A stretch of DNA of 64,000 nt from Cirrosporium novae-zelandiae (lineage: Eukaryota): positions 124,001-188,000 of the forward strand of contig JAPETS010000027.1 in assembly GCA_026023565.1 (NCBI GenBank), written 5' to 3'. The notes under the pieces were generated by a model, which saw nothing but the letters and a program-made list of their open reading frames with translations, was not told the origin of the DNA and did not search any database. This document shows, one piece after another, positions 27,901-40,499 of the stretch (the stretch's first letter is position 1; each line of letters begins with the position of its first letter). Both the position numbers and the translations under genes were made by a program.

Positions 27901-29799
27901 TTATTTTTTGTAAGGCATTACTCATCATTTCAACGCTTGGTCTCCGGGATCTCGCCAGTCCATCTCAATAAGGGATCTGGGTCAAGTTTTTTCTACGCGG
28001 CTCTATCTGAATTGGGTTGTGAGGGTGCAATTCCCTTGTCAACTCAACCACACTGATATCCGGGAAGTCTGTCCTTGGTTGAGCCTTCTAAAGGGTTCTA
28101 CAACTTCGGCTATGCACAAGTCATGGTCATCCGGAAGAATTGGTTCAACTTAGTAGTGCACACCAATATCTCTCCAACATAGAATCTTCAGAATAATGAT
28201 TTGTGCCATACATCTTATCATCTTCCTGTGATTTACTGACGAAAATTGGCATGAAACATGCCATATTAGCTAGACCGTGGTGCCATAGGATGCCAAAAAT
28301 CCAAGTCTTTGTATCATAAGCTATACTTTGTTCATCTTTCAATAAGAGCCCTTTTATAAAATTGGTTCTTACATACAAGACCACTTCGATTGAACGTTCT
28401 AGGGACCTTGAGTGTTACCGCATAATCTTTGAAGATAACGACGCTTATTATGGGCTGTCTCATTTTGCTACTCTTCACGGCAGATCACGTTCTACCAACT
28501 TTATTCCAATACTAGATTCGACTTCCACCCAGCCGTTTCGAAATGGCAGGAAAGGATTATCATGTTTCAAGGTCAGTTTCAGAAACCAACGGAACAGCTT
28601 ATGGCAAATGGTAACCTATTGAAACATCGTTTACCCAAGCCTACAATTTTACATTCATACGAGGCTCCACGGGAGTTTATGGATTGCGTGCCTTGATGAT
28701 CTTGGATGCCATAGCATATCTCGTACGAATATCCTTCATCGAGAATTGAGGCCATGAGCGAGGATGAGAGAAAGTTAGTACTAGCATTTCTATTGCCTTC
28801 CATGATTGAGATGTGGCTTTGGCCCTTAAGCCTATTCCTTCTGATCATCACAGCCTCATTATGTCCAATCTCCTCAATGACACTGTCATACAAGCACCAA
28901 ATAATCTTGAGACCGTTTGACATTCATTTGTTGACAGGTTGAAACTGCCCTTGGGGATGGATGGTATTTAACCAAACGTTTTTGTGACTGTTGGGCTTGG
29001 AGCGAATGAATACATGGCAGGGAAACCGTTCCAGCGAGTCTTTCATAGATGTTCACGCGGCTATGATACTAATAAGGCAAATAACAGATGGATCTAAACA
29101 CATTTATCGCATCGAGAGAGCTTCAAGGAAAGCTTACGGTTTTCTCCTCTCACACGCAAACACACACTCCTTCACCACTGCTCTTAAGCTCAACATACCC
29201 CTTTAGCCTTCCCAGTATTGTCTCCTGCAAGGAACATGTCAAGTGTTGCGGAAAAGATTGAAGTTAGATGACGATTGAACACTATTCAAAAAGAAGGAAT
29301 CCTGGAACTATCCCAAGGACGGTTTCTATAAGCCTGTAGAGATCAAGTCGTTGCTAAGTTTCGGACCGTGGTTAGGGGGAGTCCTGATGTCGAGCACCGT
29401 TGTTTTTATCTTCATCATTTCTTGGAAACCTCAAACGAGTGGAGTGGTATTTATTTATCACTTCGAGGTTTAAGGTTATTCAACTATATCACTGTATTCT
29501 ATTCGAGGTGCTCCTAACTGCCAATGATCGATGGCGATAGATGAACTTTATCCGACCGAAGATTTAAGTTTAAAATCCTTGACTACAGCTAGGATTCGGG
29601 TTGAAACATTGTTTTCATGCTGATGTCCTTGTCAAATTATCATGACGAATATTCAACTCCAAGCTAATAGTACAGTATCTCCCTAAACCACAAAAACAAA
29701 AAAGAAAACAGGAGAAAAAAAAGAGATCCAATAAAAACACCCCCAACGCCTCGCGAAACGAGCAAATCTGGTCGCCGCTCTCTGTGCTCATATTTGCTC

Positions 29800-30294
29800 T
29801 TACTTCTTGTGTTTCTTCCCCTTCCTCTTCTCCTGGTTCGTCTGTTGTTGTCGATAGAAATATGCTTCACTGCTCCAGGGGTCATCAGACCTTTGCTGAA
29901 CGTCCTGGCCCCACACCTGTTCATACGGAGGTTGCGCATCTGCCCAAGTGCCCGTGTACATCAATTCGGCCTTTTGATTTGCCTCTCCAGTTTCTTGGCT
30001 CCTATTTTTGGCGGATGAGCAGATGTAGTGGTTGCTTAAGTGAAGTGTATAGGATAGGGTGAAACGCAAGCAAACAAGGTAGCAAGTAGCGAGGTAGGAT
30101 TGTGGTCAAAATACTCACATATTGCTTGCCCTTTGCTCTTGTGCCTGATATTCGTTTGCTTCGTTCTTCTGAGACGATCCTCCCTTGACAGCCTCTTCAA
30201 CGTCATCAGTAAGATGTTCCCTAAGCATCTACAACATTGAAGACTTACTATGAGAGGCAGAGCTGACGTGCTTCTTCTTCGATTCCTTTGCCAT
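29800..30294 (-). CDS. Small hydrophilic orphan protein, 107 aa, 3 exons (30294-30249, 30194-30119, 30001-29800)
   Basis: ATG, donors GTAAGT and GTGAGT, branch-like CTGAT/CTCAT, AG acceptors. Both intron phases agree, giving MAKESKKKHVSSASHKAVKGG...RKGKKHKK*. Confidence 0.6.
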
Positions 30295-31989
30295 GGTTCC
30301 GATGGGGCAAGAATTTACCCAAGAGAAGGTTGAAGGAGGGGTACAGGATGAAAGCGATAGAGTTTAAAATTTGACAAGTTGGGCGTGGCTCGACTTTGAT
30401 TGGAAGCTAACCTTTTTGCTGATAAAGATTGGGGGGTCTAAATGCAAAGAAAGCATTATGGACGAGAAACTACAAACCCTTTTATATTCATTTGAAGTTC
30501 GGGGAGTGTCTGCCCAAACAGACGGTAAAGGGCTCGCCCATGATGTTGCTAATGAAGCTTAAGCCTGAGCCCCTCCAACATGACCCTAATATTTACCCAG
30601 GGCGACAACAAAGTCCAATAAGAGTCCCCGAATCAGAAAACAATAGTTCATAAGTTATTGTCTCTCAGAAGAATCCAAGGGCAAACGTACGTGGCCAAAT
30701 AGCAGGGAATAGAACTGGGTGCTGTCATGGGAGTACTCATTACGCCCCATTTGCATTTCTTAGATCACATCAGTCACACAAACAACCAAAATCCATACAA
30801 GAGAGAACATGATCGAAAGAACAAACGTGCAGTGAAATGGAGCGTGGTGCTGGGCATTGGTGTGGATCAGTCTGAAAAAAAGGCAATTCAAGAAAACATT
30901 AGTTATCTCGCCACCTCATTACTTAGATACTTTCGATATAATCGCAGCCTGAGGTAAGTATTCATCATTCAAGCCTTATTGCAAACCACCCCCCTAATTC
31001 TACATGAATCCTACGCAGGGAAATCATCTATAATACACACGCAGCATGTGATTAATGGCAATTCAGCGCGGTGCGGTTTCCAGCAATATAAAATTCTACG
31101 CAGTATATTCTAAATAGGAAATAAAACGGATTAGAAAAAGTCTTCAAAGTCACAAAAGTTTCGTTCCTTTTTTTCTCCTGCTAAGGGGAAAGGAAAGGAA
31201 AGGAAAGGGAAAAAAAAGCTACCCTGTTATATGCAAGCACAGCCACGGCCCGGATGCCTTGTACCACCCACCTTCAATTACCATTATCACCTACTCTACC
31301 CACAAACCCAGGAAATCCACGAACTTTCCCCTAAAAACAAGCGAGAGAAAAAAGAGGAATAAGAAAAAATCACATCTCCCAAACGTGCGTGCAAAGAAGA
31401 GCCCCAGGCCAGGGCGGCGGCGCAGAACCCCCCAAACCCCCAAATCAAACATATTTTTTTATTCCTTTCAAACTAGTTCGTATGTTCCCTTCCACGTGGA
31501 TCCCTTTACGTTTGGGTGTTGGAAAGTTTGCGTGGGATTTTTGTAGAACATTCCATATTAAAACGTGAAACACATGTAGCTTTGTTTTTTCTTTTCATTT
31601 TTTTCTTGGGGTCGGGGGGCTGGCTTGGGTGTGGCTGTGGGGGTAAGAGAGAAAGAGAGGGGTTCACTCGGGTGGGAGATGGAGTGTGTAAGTGATGGAT
31701 GGTGATTTCATTTCCATGTGGGGGGAGGGCGCTGGCTGGCTAGCTAGCTGCAAGGGGGGGCGCTCCAGGCCCTAGGGCATGTAGGGCCGGAGCCCTGGCG
31801 CCCTTGTGCCCTCGTGCTCCCCTCCTTCCCTTCCTCGGGTATCTCTCGAGGGGGGCGCCGGGCCGGCCAGGGGGGCGTGAGGATCGTAAAAAAAAGGGTT
31901 CGTGGCTAGTGAGGGCTAACTAGGCAGTAGTATAGTTAGTAGGAGGAGGAGCAGGAGGGGGGAATTGATTGATTGACTGTGTAGATTAT

Positions 31990-33510
31990 TTGTTTAATTA
32001 GAATTAGATGGGGATTCGGGATGAGGATGAGGAGAGGGACTTTGGGTAAGGTAAGGTAAGATAGGTAATTAAAGTCTTACATACCATACGTATGTGCGTA
32101 TGTTATGTACGCTACAAAGAGATTACAAATATTCGTGTCTTCTCTTAAGGCTTCGTACATAGATATTATAGGCAATCTAATTGATTAATTAACACAATTT
32201 GCCTACGTGCCTACTGTATGTACTTCATCCACTCTCTCACTTGGAAGTAGGAGTAGGAGGAATGGGTTTGTTGTAATTAATTACATGTGTATGTGTATTA
32301 GAATGTTGTGGTGTGGTGTGGTGTAATTAATGCGGAACAGTAATTATAGTATTACATACCTAATTACCTGCATAAATACATACACACACATACACATCTA
32401 ACAATGCAACAATCTCACGATTAATCAATCAAAAAACCCCTCCGAAATCCTTTTAATCTATTCTATCTCATCTATCATTCCCTATTCATTTCGTTTTTAT
32501 AATTAACAAGACAAGCAAGCAAGCGGGTAATTAATTAATAAAAAACTCCGGTAATTAAAGTCGGCACATACAAATAACCAATAATTAAATACCGAGATTA
32601 ATTAATTACCGAGATCATTTTCAAATTACAATCTGTGTTGTACTGTATTTCCATATCTAATATCCATAATTACCTACCAGTAGTCAGTCTACTGTAATTA
32701 TATATTAGACTATACCGTCAACCAATCAATCAAATAAACAACCAAACCCCACCCAAATCCTTTTTTAATCTATCCTTTGATAATTAACAAGAAAAAGCAA
32801 CGGGTTAGATAATCAATTAATAAAAAAAAACCCCCCCCGGTAAACTCGGCAAATAATTAATAGATACCGAAGATTGCCGACCAAGATTACCGAAATAATT
32901 GTTTCGGATTTTACGGAAATATTATTAATTACACTGTTATAGGTACGGGTAATTAATTACTAGATATATTATATAATTAGTGCATAAGTGGGAAATGGGA
33001 ATGGAAGTTGGATGTGGATTTTTCAAATTTTTTTTGTTATTACACTGCTGGTGTGTTATAAAAAGTATAGGTATAGGTATAGATATGTAAGTAGGCATAT
33101 AAGTACGTGGGTTTCACGTTTGGAGGGAACGAAAGAAAGGAAAAGGAAAGCTATAATGGTTGATAAGTTGATGGGTAGTGCTTGACGATAGAGTCATAGA
33201 GTGAGTGAGTGAGTGAGTGGAGTGAGAGAATGGATGAAGTCGGTGGGCACGTAGGTAATTATCGTAAATTATCTTAATCAATTACCTAATTAGGTAGATT
33301 GCCTACAATCTAGATACAATCTACAGTCTACAAATACGTACTGACTGTAATTACTGAGCCTCAGGAAAGAAAACGTGGAAACGTGGTACTTTATCATCTC
33401 TTAATTAATGACCTACCTTACCTTACACAAAAGCCCCCCCCCCCCCCATCCCTTATTCCCCATCTCTTATCTCTCACTCCCATTTAATTAAAAAAATATT
33501 AATCATTCTA
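31990..33510. repeat. Degenerate inverted repeat (arms about 31990-32245 and 33220-33510) enclosing a tandem direct duplication (about 32420-32625 and 32720-32905)
   Basis: Collinear reverse-complement blocks, e.g. 32222-32241 vs 33221-33240 (19/20), and direct blocks, e.g. ATAATTAACAAGA at 32499 and 32780. Confidence 0.8.
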
Positions 33511-34849
33511 ATAGGATAGAGATAGAGATAGAGATAAAGATCCATGGGGCTGTTTGTTTGTTATCAAAATAAATGTCCAACCAAAGAAAGAAAAAGAGGA
33601 GGATGAAATGGATAGATAGAATTGGTTTTGATTAATTACTTGTAAGTTTGCTATGCCGATACGCCGATACGCCGATACGCATGCATTGTATTAAAAAACT
33701 CGAACATACATATACATATACACATACGTACATTCCTAACCCTTCCCCTCACCTCTCTCCCTCTCTCTCTCGGGTATTATAAAAGTTTATATACTACATA
33801 TCAAAAGTAATTATACATTATATATTTAGAACCCACAGTACTTGTACTTACTGTTACTATAACAATTATATTTTTTTCTTAGAAAAAAAAGAAAAAAGAA
33901 AAAAATAAATGGAGAGAGAGAGAGAAAGAAAAGGAATATATTTCTATGATTTGTATGGATGTGATCTGGTGTGTGGTGTGTGGCGCTAGTTAGGGTAAGG
34001 AAAGAAGGAAGGGAGGATGAGGAAAGTGTAACGAGAGGATATGAACATGTGGATAAAAGAGAACTTAATTGTAATTAATTTGGATTTAGACTTGATAATG
34101 TATATATATATATGTATGTATGTATATATGCATTCATCTCGATGTTGTGAAGGGAAAAAAAAATGAAAAAAGGGAAATTTTGGTTTCCTTTCCTTTGTAG
34201 GTTTACAATGTTATGATAATTATTAATTATCATTATTTCATTTTCTTTGTCTTGATTTGGAGTTGTCTTGTCTTGGGTTTAACTCCTCCTTTCCTCCCCC
34301 CCATCTCCCCGAACCCCGGAACAAGCAAACAAATATACATAGTAGGGGGTGACATGACATGATTATTCCTTGGTTTCTTCTTTCTTCTTCATTTCTATAG
34401 TTGTGGTGGTCCGAGTTTAAACTTGGATTTGAATTTTGAGTCCTTTGGGAGAAGGGGGAAGGCGAAGAGAAAAGAATAGAAGAAATATCTCATTTCCGTT
34501 GTTGGATTTTTTTTTCTGGTGGCTGGTTGTGGCTTGCGGGGATAAAGGTAGGGGAGGAGGAGGAGGAGGGGGGAATGCTAGTTTAGTCTCTAGGTCGAAG
34601 GGTCGGGGGGGAGCAAGGTGGTAAGGACTATCTTTTAATATTCAGTTTTCTTACGTCTAGGTGAGGTTGATGGGTTATATTTTTTGAGGAATGTTGATAA
34701 TGTTTTTTAATGAGATGAGATGAGAAGGAAAGAACGCTAATACCAATTAATATAACAAATCACCAGTGCTCTTAGGAATCGAACCCAACCTGTTTATTTA
34801 ATTATGGCATTCAAACAAAAATGCTTAAAGCTTTGAATTAAGAAAAAAG

Positions 34850-35362
34850 GAGAAAATGTACGGTTTTGATTGAGAATATTAATTAGTGCATAGAGAATTT
34901 CTTGGTACAATGGTAATTACATGGTTACGTGTGTTACCCATCTTGTCCCATCCTATGATGAAGAAATATTCCGATTCCAATAAAAAAGAAAAGAAAAGAA
35001 AAGGGTATACAGAACCTTCGGAAGCAAGAACGTGCGTGACCTAGCAGGACCCTGATATCTTCATGTATTAACTAGAATAAAGGCGGTAGCCAGTACAGCT
35101 TAGAACTTGGCTTTGAGCCCTACTACTACAAGATCAAAGGCGATGAGGGAAGAAGAAGAAGAAGAAGAAGAAGAAGAAGAAGAAGAAGAAGAAGAAGAAG
35201 AAGAAGAAGAAGAAGAAGAAGAAGAAGAAGAAGAAGAAGAAGAAGAAGAAGAAGAGGCTGCTACATCGATAACAGGGGCCCTGTGCGGATTTGACAATCG
35301 TGCTGAAGAAAATGTTTTTAGGTGACTTGAAGTCCACCCAACCCCTCGGCAAAGTGCTCTCC

Positions 35363-35406
<44 letters not shown>

Positions 35407-36600
35407 CTGCGACGGCGATCTAGAGGTGGCTTTCGCTGCCTAGATTTGCGTTTAGTCGTGTGTTTATTAGAGAGCTGGTCTGGCCCGGACCTGCTTCTCG
35501 AATTGAAGGGGAGAGAGATGTCTTGCTCGTAGGAGACGATTCGCACGGCTTTTTGAGGAGGTTTTTCCCTAGGAATAAACTCAGTCTAATGGGAGTGGAT
35601 TGTGGTCGTTTGCCATAGCGGATAAGTATCGAGGCCGGTGGATTTAGGTCAAGAATTTTCGGTATCGAAAAGTTGATATGTGGAATCTGAAAATGCCTGT
35701 TAGATCTCTTCAAGACCGTATAAACAAACCATGTATGGGTCGGTATTCTTTTCTAGACCAGCACACATACATAATATCTAGGACTTGCTCTTGTGAGGTT
35801 CCCCCCCCCCGTGTAAGTTCCCTATATTTGTCTTTTTGTCGGATCAATTAACCAGAAAACTTTTTCAATGTAAGTTTCGTCTTCTTGCTAATTACTCGGA
35901 TTCGAAGGATTCCTTCTGAGACAAGGGGTTGGTTGGTTGGTCATCACGGAATTGCATCGCACAACTTACATCGTTTACTCGTCTTTATCCGCCTGGGGCT
36001 GTTTGGACAATGAGGAGAGGGGATTTCATATTGGTTATTATTTCAAGATCCCCGCCCTATTAAGAACCTATGATGTGTTTTCCCCTCGAAGAACCGCTCA
36101 AATTTTCGACCCGTTCCGCCGTTTATTTTTTGCCATTATGACCTGATTCTCTTACATTCGTTTCTTTCTTTGCTGGCCCGATTTCGCCTTGTCCCTGCCA
36201 TCAGGGATCCTTTCAAAAATCATTTACGAGGTGTGCGTCAACTATACCCGAGGGGTTTCTTGCCTGGCCCGTAGCATAAAATCGGTTTCGAGACCTGATT
36301 TTCTCCCCACCCTGCATTTCCAAGGAGTTTTCAAACGACGTGTTCAGTTGTTATTATTATTATTATGCACCAGGCGCGTGCTGTTGTCTGTTTGGTTGAC
36401 AGCTCACGGCTGATATATCCTAGTGAGTAAATTGGTCCGAACTGTGGCTGGCTGGGTCCAATGAAAAGGTAACGGGATGATACATGCATCGGCAACCCTG
36501 GACCGACTTGCTTCCACGGTCCCGTTAATTTCTCCGTGGGTGGTTGACTAACTACATCCCTGGTACTGCAAGGGAAAGGTTAGACCCCTATTTTTTTGAA
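34850..36600 (+). ncRNA. Candidate large structured non-coding RNA (telomerase-RNA-like architecture, unconfirmed)
   Basis: Nested long-range helices (35012-35028/35784-35801, 35324-35338/35637-35650 and others), many local hairpins with G-U pairs on the + strand, no credible ORF, Sm-like ATTTTTTTG at 36590-36598. Confidence 0.45.
35149..35253 (+). repeat. (GAA)35 microsatellite
   Basis: Read directly from the sequence. Confidence 0.95.
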
Positions 36601-39600
36601 ATTTATCTTCAGGTTCGGGGAGGTGTAAAGACTATCTTTGAAAAGGTACCCTACCATATACGTACAGTATAGCAAGAATGGTTTGCTGAGGGCCTAAGAG
36701 CCCGATTAGATATCTTCGATGAGGTTTTCTTGACCTTCGTGGATGAAACTGGGCTTTGCCTATGTGCTAAGAGTGGAATAAATCTATCAGCCCTCTTGAT
36801 CCTAAACCTGTGGCACCGGAAATACGCTTACAAAAGGCATTCGTCTCTCTTCAAGGGAGGATAATATCTGCAATTGTTCGTAAAGAATGGCCCGCGTACT
36901 TGCCGACAAACAACGACAACACCGCCTAATATTCAAGCCGAATTATAATAAGATGAACGTATTCCAATACTTAATCCCAAAGCATATATACATCACATCG
37001 TGTTCTCCAGCCACTGTCTTCCCGCTCCAATAATTATAGAATTCGACTCCGTCCTTTCATTATGGGAACTGGTAATTTCAGCACCCAGAGATCTCTCCGA
37101 GAAATTGGCCGTGCCAGGTTTGAAACGTAGAATGATTTCGAACCCTGCTTATCCAACTCGACATAACACTCAGTAATTCTGCTCCATCATATCCGACATA
37201 ATAAGAGACTGTGACGCCCTCTGTTTCATCAACGAATCCGTAGAAAAGGTAGCCAGGCTTTGAACATTCATGATTGCAAAATTGAACGTGTACTTGCTTT
37301 GACGCATTCCCCACTTTGTCTACCATTTTTTTTTCTATCCCTGTAGCATATCTTGTGGGGGGGGGGGGGACTTCATGGTCGTACCCGGGTGAGGTTCCTG
37401 GGATGTGCGTCAACCCTCCTGTTCCATCTAGCTTAGGTGTATTGGACAGATGTCAATTTGTACCATAAATCGCTCGTAGGAGGTCACCACTTCCGCCCAT
37501 CGACCCGGGGCCGACGACCAAATGAAATCACCCGAGTACATCATTATCCACTATAGGATGTGGAGGTAGCAAATCCATCGATATAATAGCGCGGAGCTAT
37601 GCCAACTTAAATCCTTACCAGATCAGAAGCAATTAAAGAGATGCGCTGATAGCGAGTAACACTTATGTTAGGGATAATAAGAATAAGCAAAGGTCGAGCG
37701 GCAGCGGGATAAGAAAATGACTGACAGAGCTAGTACATCGCAGTGGTGCTTCAGAGACCATGTCCGTCCAGGCAATTTCACAATCCAGGTAGTAAAATCC
37801 CCAGAGCATTTTTACTCGCAGATCGGTGGCCACCTTCCTGATGATAGATGTTAATTAGTTCCAGGTTCCTTTCTTTTTCTTACAATGGACACTGTTTGAA
37901 GGGGGATGATAATCAATCTCGCCCAACGTGATCATTCCGTTCATAGGTTGTTTCTTCCTCCGAGTATTGCGCTACTTCAGCAGCAACTCTGCAATATTAC
38001 CAGTGTGGTCGACGAGGAAAGTCAAAGCGACGACCAGAATGTAAAAAGCTAGTTTAACAAGTAAAACTATCAAGAACGTTGGAGGAGGATTGAAGATAAT
38101 CTATGTTAGAAAGATGCTAGCTATGAACCTTTGACGTATACTGCAGAAAAATACTCATGGCCTCCGCTGCTAAGTTTATGAAGAAAGAGAATGGATAAGC
38201 AGAATGCGGAGGATGGCGATTGTATAAGTAGGTTCTTCAGAGTTCTCTTCTTGGCGCTAAATATTTTCCACCTTGTCTGGACAGATATTGGGTCAATTTT
38301 TGGTGGCTTTGGCCGCCGTGAGTTTGTGAAAAACCGGTATCTTCTATGTTGCCTTCGCCACTTTGTAGCGTTTTATCATTTTAATATGTCAAACTATTGC
38401 ACTTCTGAGGCTGGGTAATTATTAACGACATGAGTACGGGGTAGAGGTAGGTCAATAAATCCAATCTCACCTCATTTCCATGTGCCAGCATTCATGAGCC
38501 ACGCGATATCACTGAAAACGCAAACTCGACTTGAGAAGATGGCAGCATTCATGTAGAAACTAAGTCTACTTCTGTAAAGGAGATATTATTGTCAGCAATC
38601 CTGGCTCCGCACCTAATATAGTAGTTTCCAAAAGTAAGCTTGAACCTATCAAATTGTAGACGATACACTAATTTCAGTTAGGATGGCATATAAAAATGAT
38701 GCCACCACATTAATTCTTCCGCCTGATGGACAGAATATACTTGAGAGATGTATCAATGTTACGTTGAAAGAATTGAAGAATTAGCTTTTTCCTCCGGTGA
38801 GACAAGGAAAGGAGGTTAGTCATTCTAATGATTGCACCTAGAGATGATATAGGTGAAACTCATACTGGTGACCTAATTGATGAGCTCGAAGGCACCTAGT
38901 ATCCATTCATTCTTACGTTGGCCGAGATATATGTAGCTTAGAGAAACGTATAGACCTGAAAAATGCATGAGCTAGCCTGATTGTTAAAAAAAGAGAAAAA
39001 ATGGGGGCATTCTTGAATGCGAGCCGTAGGCAAGCAGTGAACTGAAGAAGACTTTCAATACTGAACAAGTCGTTTAAAAAAGTCGGTCATCCACTCAAGG
39101 CTGCCAATTGAGCTTGAACCTCAACTGATCTGCACATTTGCTCATAGACAGAGTCATCGATTACCATTATAGCAGACTTGATAGTAAGGCAATGTGAACG
39201 ACAAACGTGTCACCCGATTATGACCGGTAAGAGAGAATGGATCAGAAGTCTGAAAAACATATTGACAACGACAGGCACACCGATGACCAGATGTGACGGT
39301 AATAACCCTTCTTGATGGCGGGAAAAGATCGGCTCATCTATGATGGCATATAATTGTTCGTTTATAGCTCCTAGAGACATGGTTCCTAAAGATTCCGAAA
39401 GGGTATAAAGGGAGCAAATAGAAGGGGATACTATAACTCTTGCCGGATGGCTGGGCTACTGTATTTTTGGTACAATACACATCTAGGCGCCTGGAAGCCT
39501 ACTTACCCACTGGGGTCCACGGGCTATTAATAGTTGATATGAGATAGTTGTTGAGCTCATGGACTGTTATATTTCCTCTTTGCACCGCAACCAAGGTTAT

Positions 39601-40499
39601 AGATGGTAGATTTGTCGGATCTTGCTACCCCACCTACCAATATCCACCTACCAATATCCATCATCTTAGTGAGACAATATAGGTCGCATTGATGTCGTAC
39701 GATGGTGTGACTGATTGCTGCAGGAGGTTATACGCGTGCAGTAGTTGAAAAGTTCAAGTGTAACGTCCACCACGCGTGTCACAAAAATCATACTGGCTTC
39801 CGTGCGGGGCGGCAAAGTGCTTGCAAATTACCATTGAGTGCTTTTGTGGATCTGATCTAGAATGAGATTTAGTTGTATAACAACCTGGGGCTTATGAGGG
39901 GGCAACAGGGGTTATCTAATATCTAGTAACTAAGCGATTCTAGATCTAGCGTAATTAGTACGTATTTTACAAGTAATTACAAGTAATGCGTATTGCTGGA
40001 ACCGTGTATGATCAACCAGCTAAACTAATGAATTATGTGGATTCCCTCTAAAAAGAGATTTACAGAGGGCAAACTAATTAATATTGATCCAACGCATAAA
40101 TATTAATTAACACAGGGGTAGAATCTAAGGTAGTATAGTACTAGCATAAAATCCCGGAGATCATGATCGTAGCTACTCGTAAGGCTACCGTGAACCCCCT
40201 TCTCATTAGCTACACTTAATCCGAATGGCCTAGAACGACGGTTATTTTCAGGTGGATATAACCCTTTCTAACCTCAGTCTTACTAGGTTCTAGAAATCTA
40301 TGGGACGGGATGCAAGAATTTGAATTAATTGTTGCTTAGTTGTTTGCTAATGAGAAATTAATGCACCACTGCTATGGTGACTCCATCGCTATCCCTACGA
40401 AAGGAGAATCTCATCCATTTATCTACTCATGCACATAGATCGATCCTCGTGGAAACTCCGAGCTCTCGGGAATGCCCATTCCCATTCTGCTTAGCATAA

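Noticed and set aside
23300..29600. Numerous 60-115 aa ORFs in the gene desert, also 53300-55500
   Set aside because: No recognisable motifs or consistent exon chain; possibly decayed genes but not supportable by eye.
34761..34830. tRNA-like T-loop/B-box GGTTCGATTCC on the minus strand
   Set aside because: No matching 5' acceptor strand or D-arm could be built; at most an isolated B-box or relic.
35100..35352. Poly-Glu/Ser/Phe ORFs, and likewise the poly-Gly ORFs at 21640-22097
   Set aside because: Artefacts of microsatellites and homopolymers that are open in several frames.
35324..35650. RNase P/MRP P4 helix (GAAGTCCACC/GGTGGATTTA)
   Set aside because: Lacks the bulged-U GAAAGU geometry and recognisable CR-IV/CR-V context.
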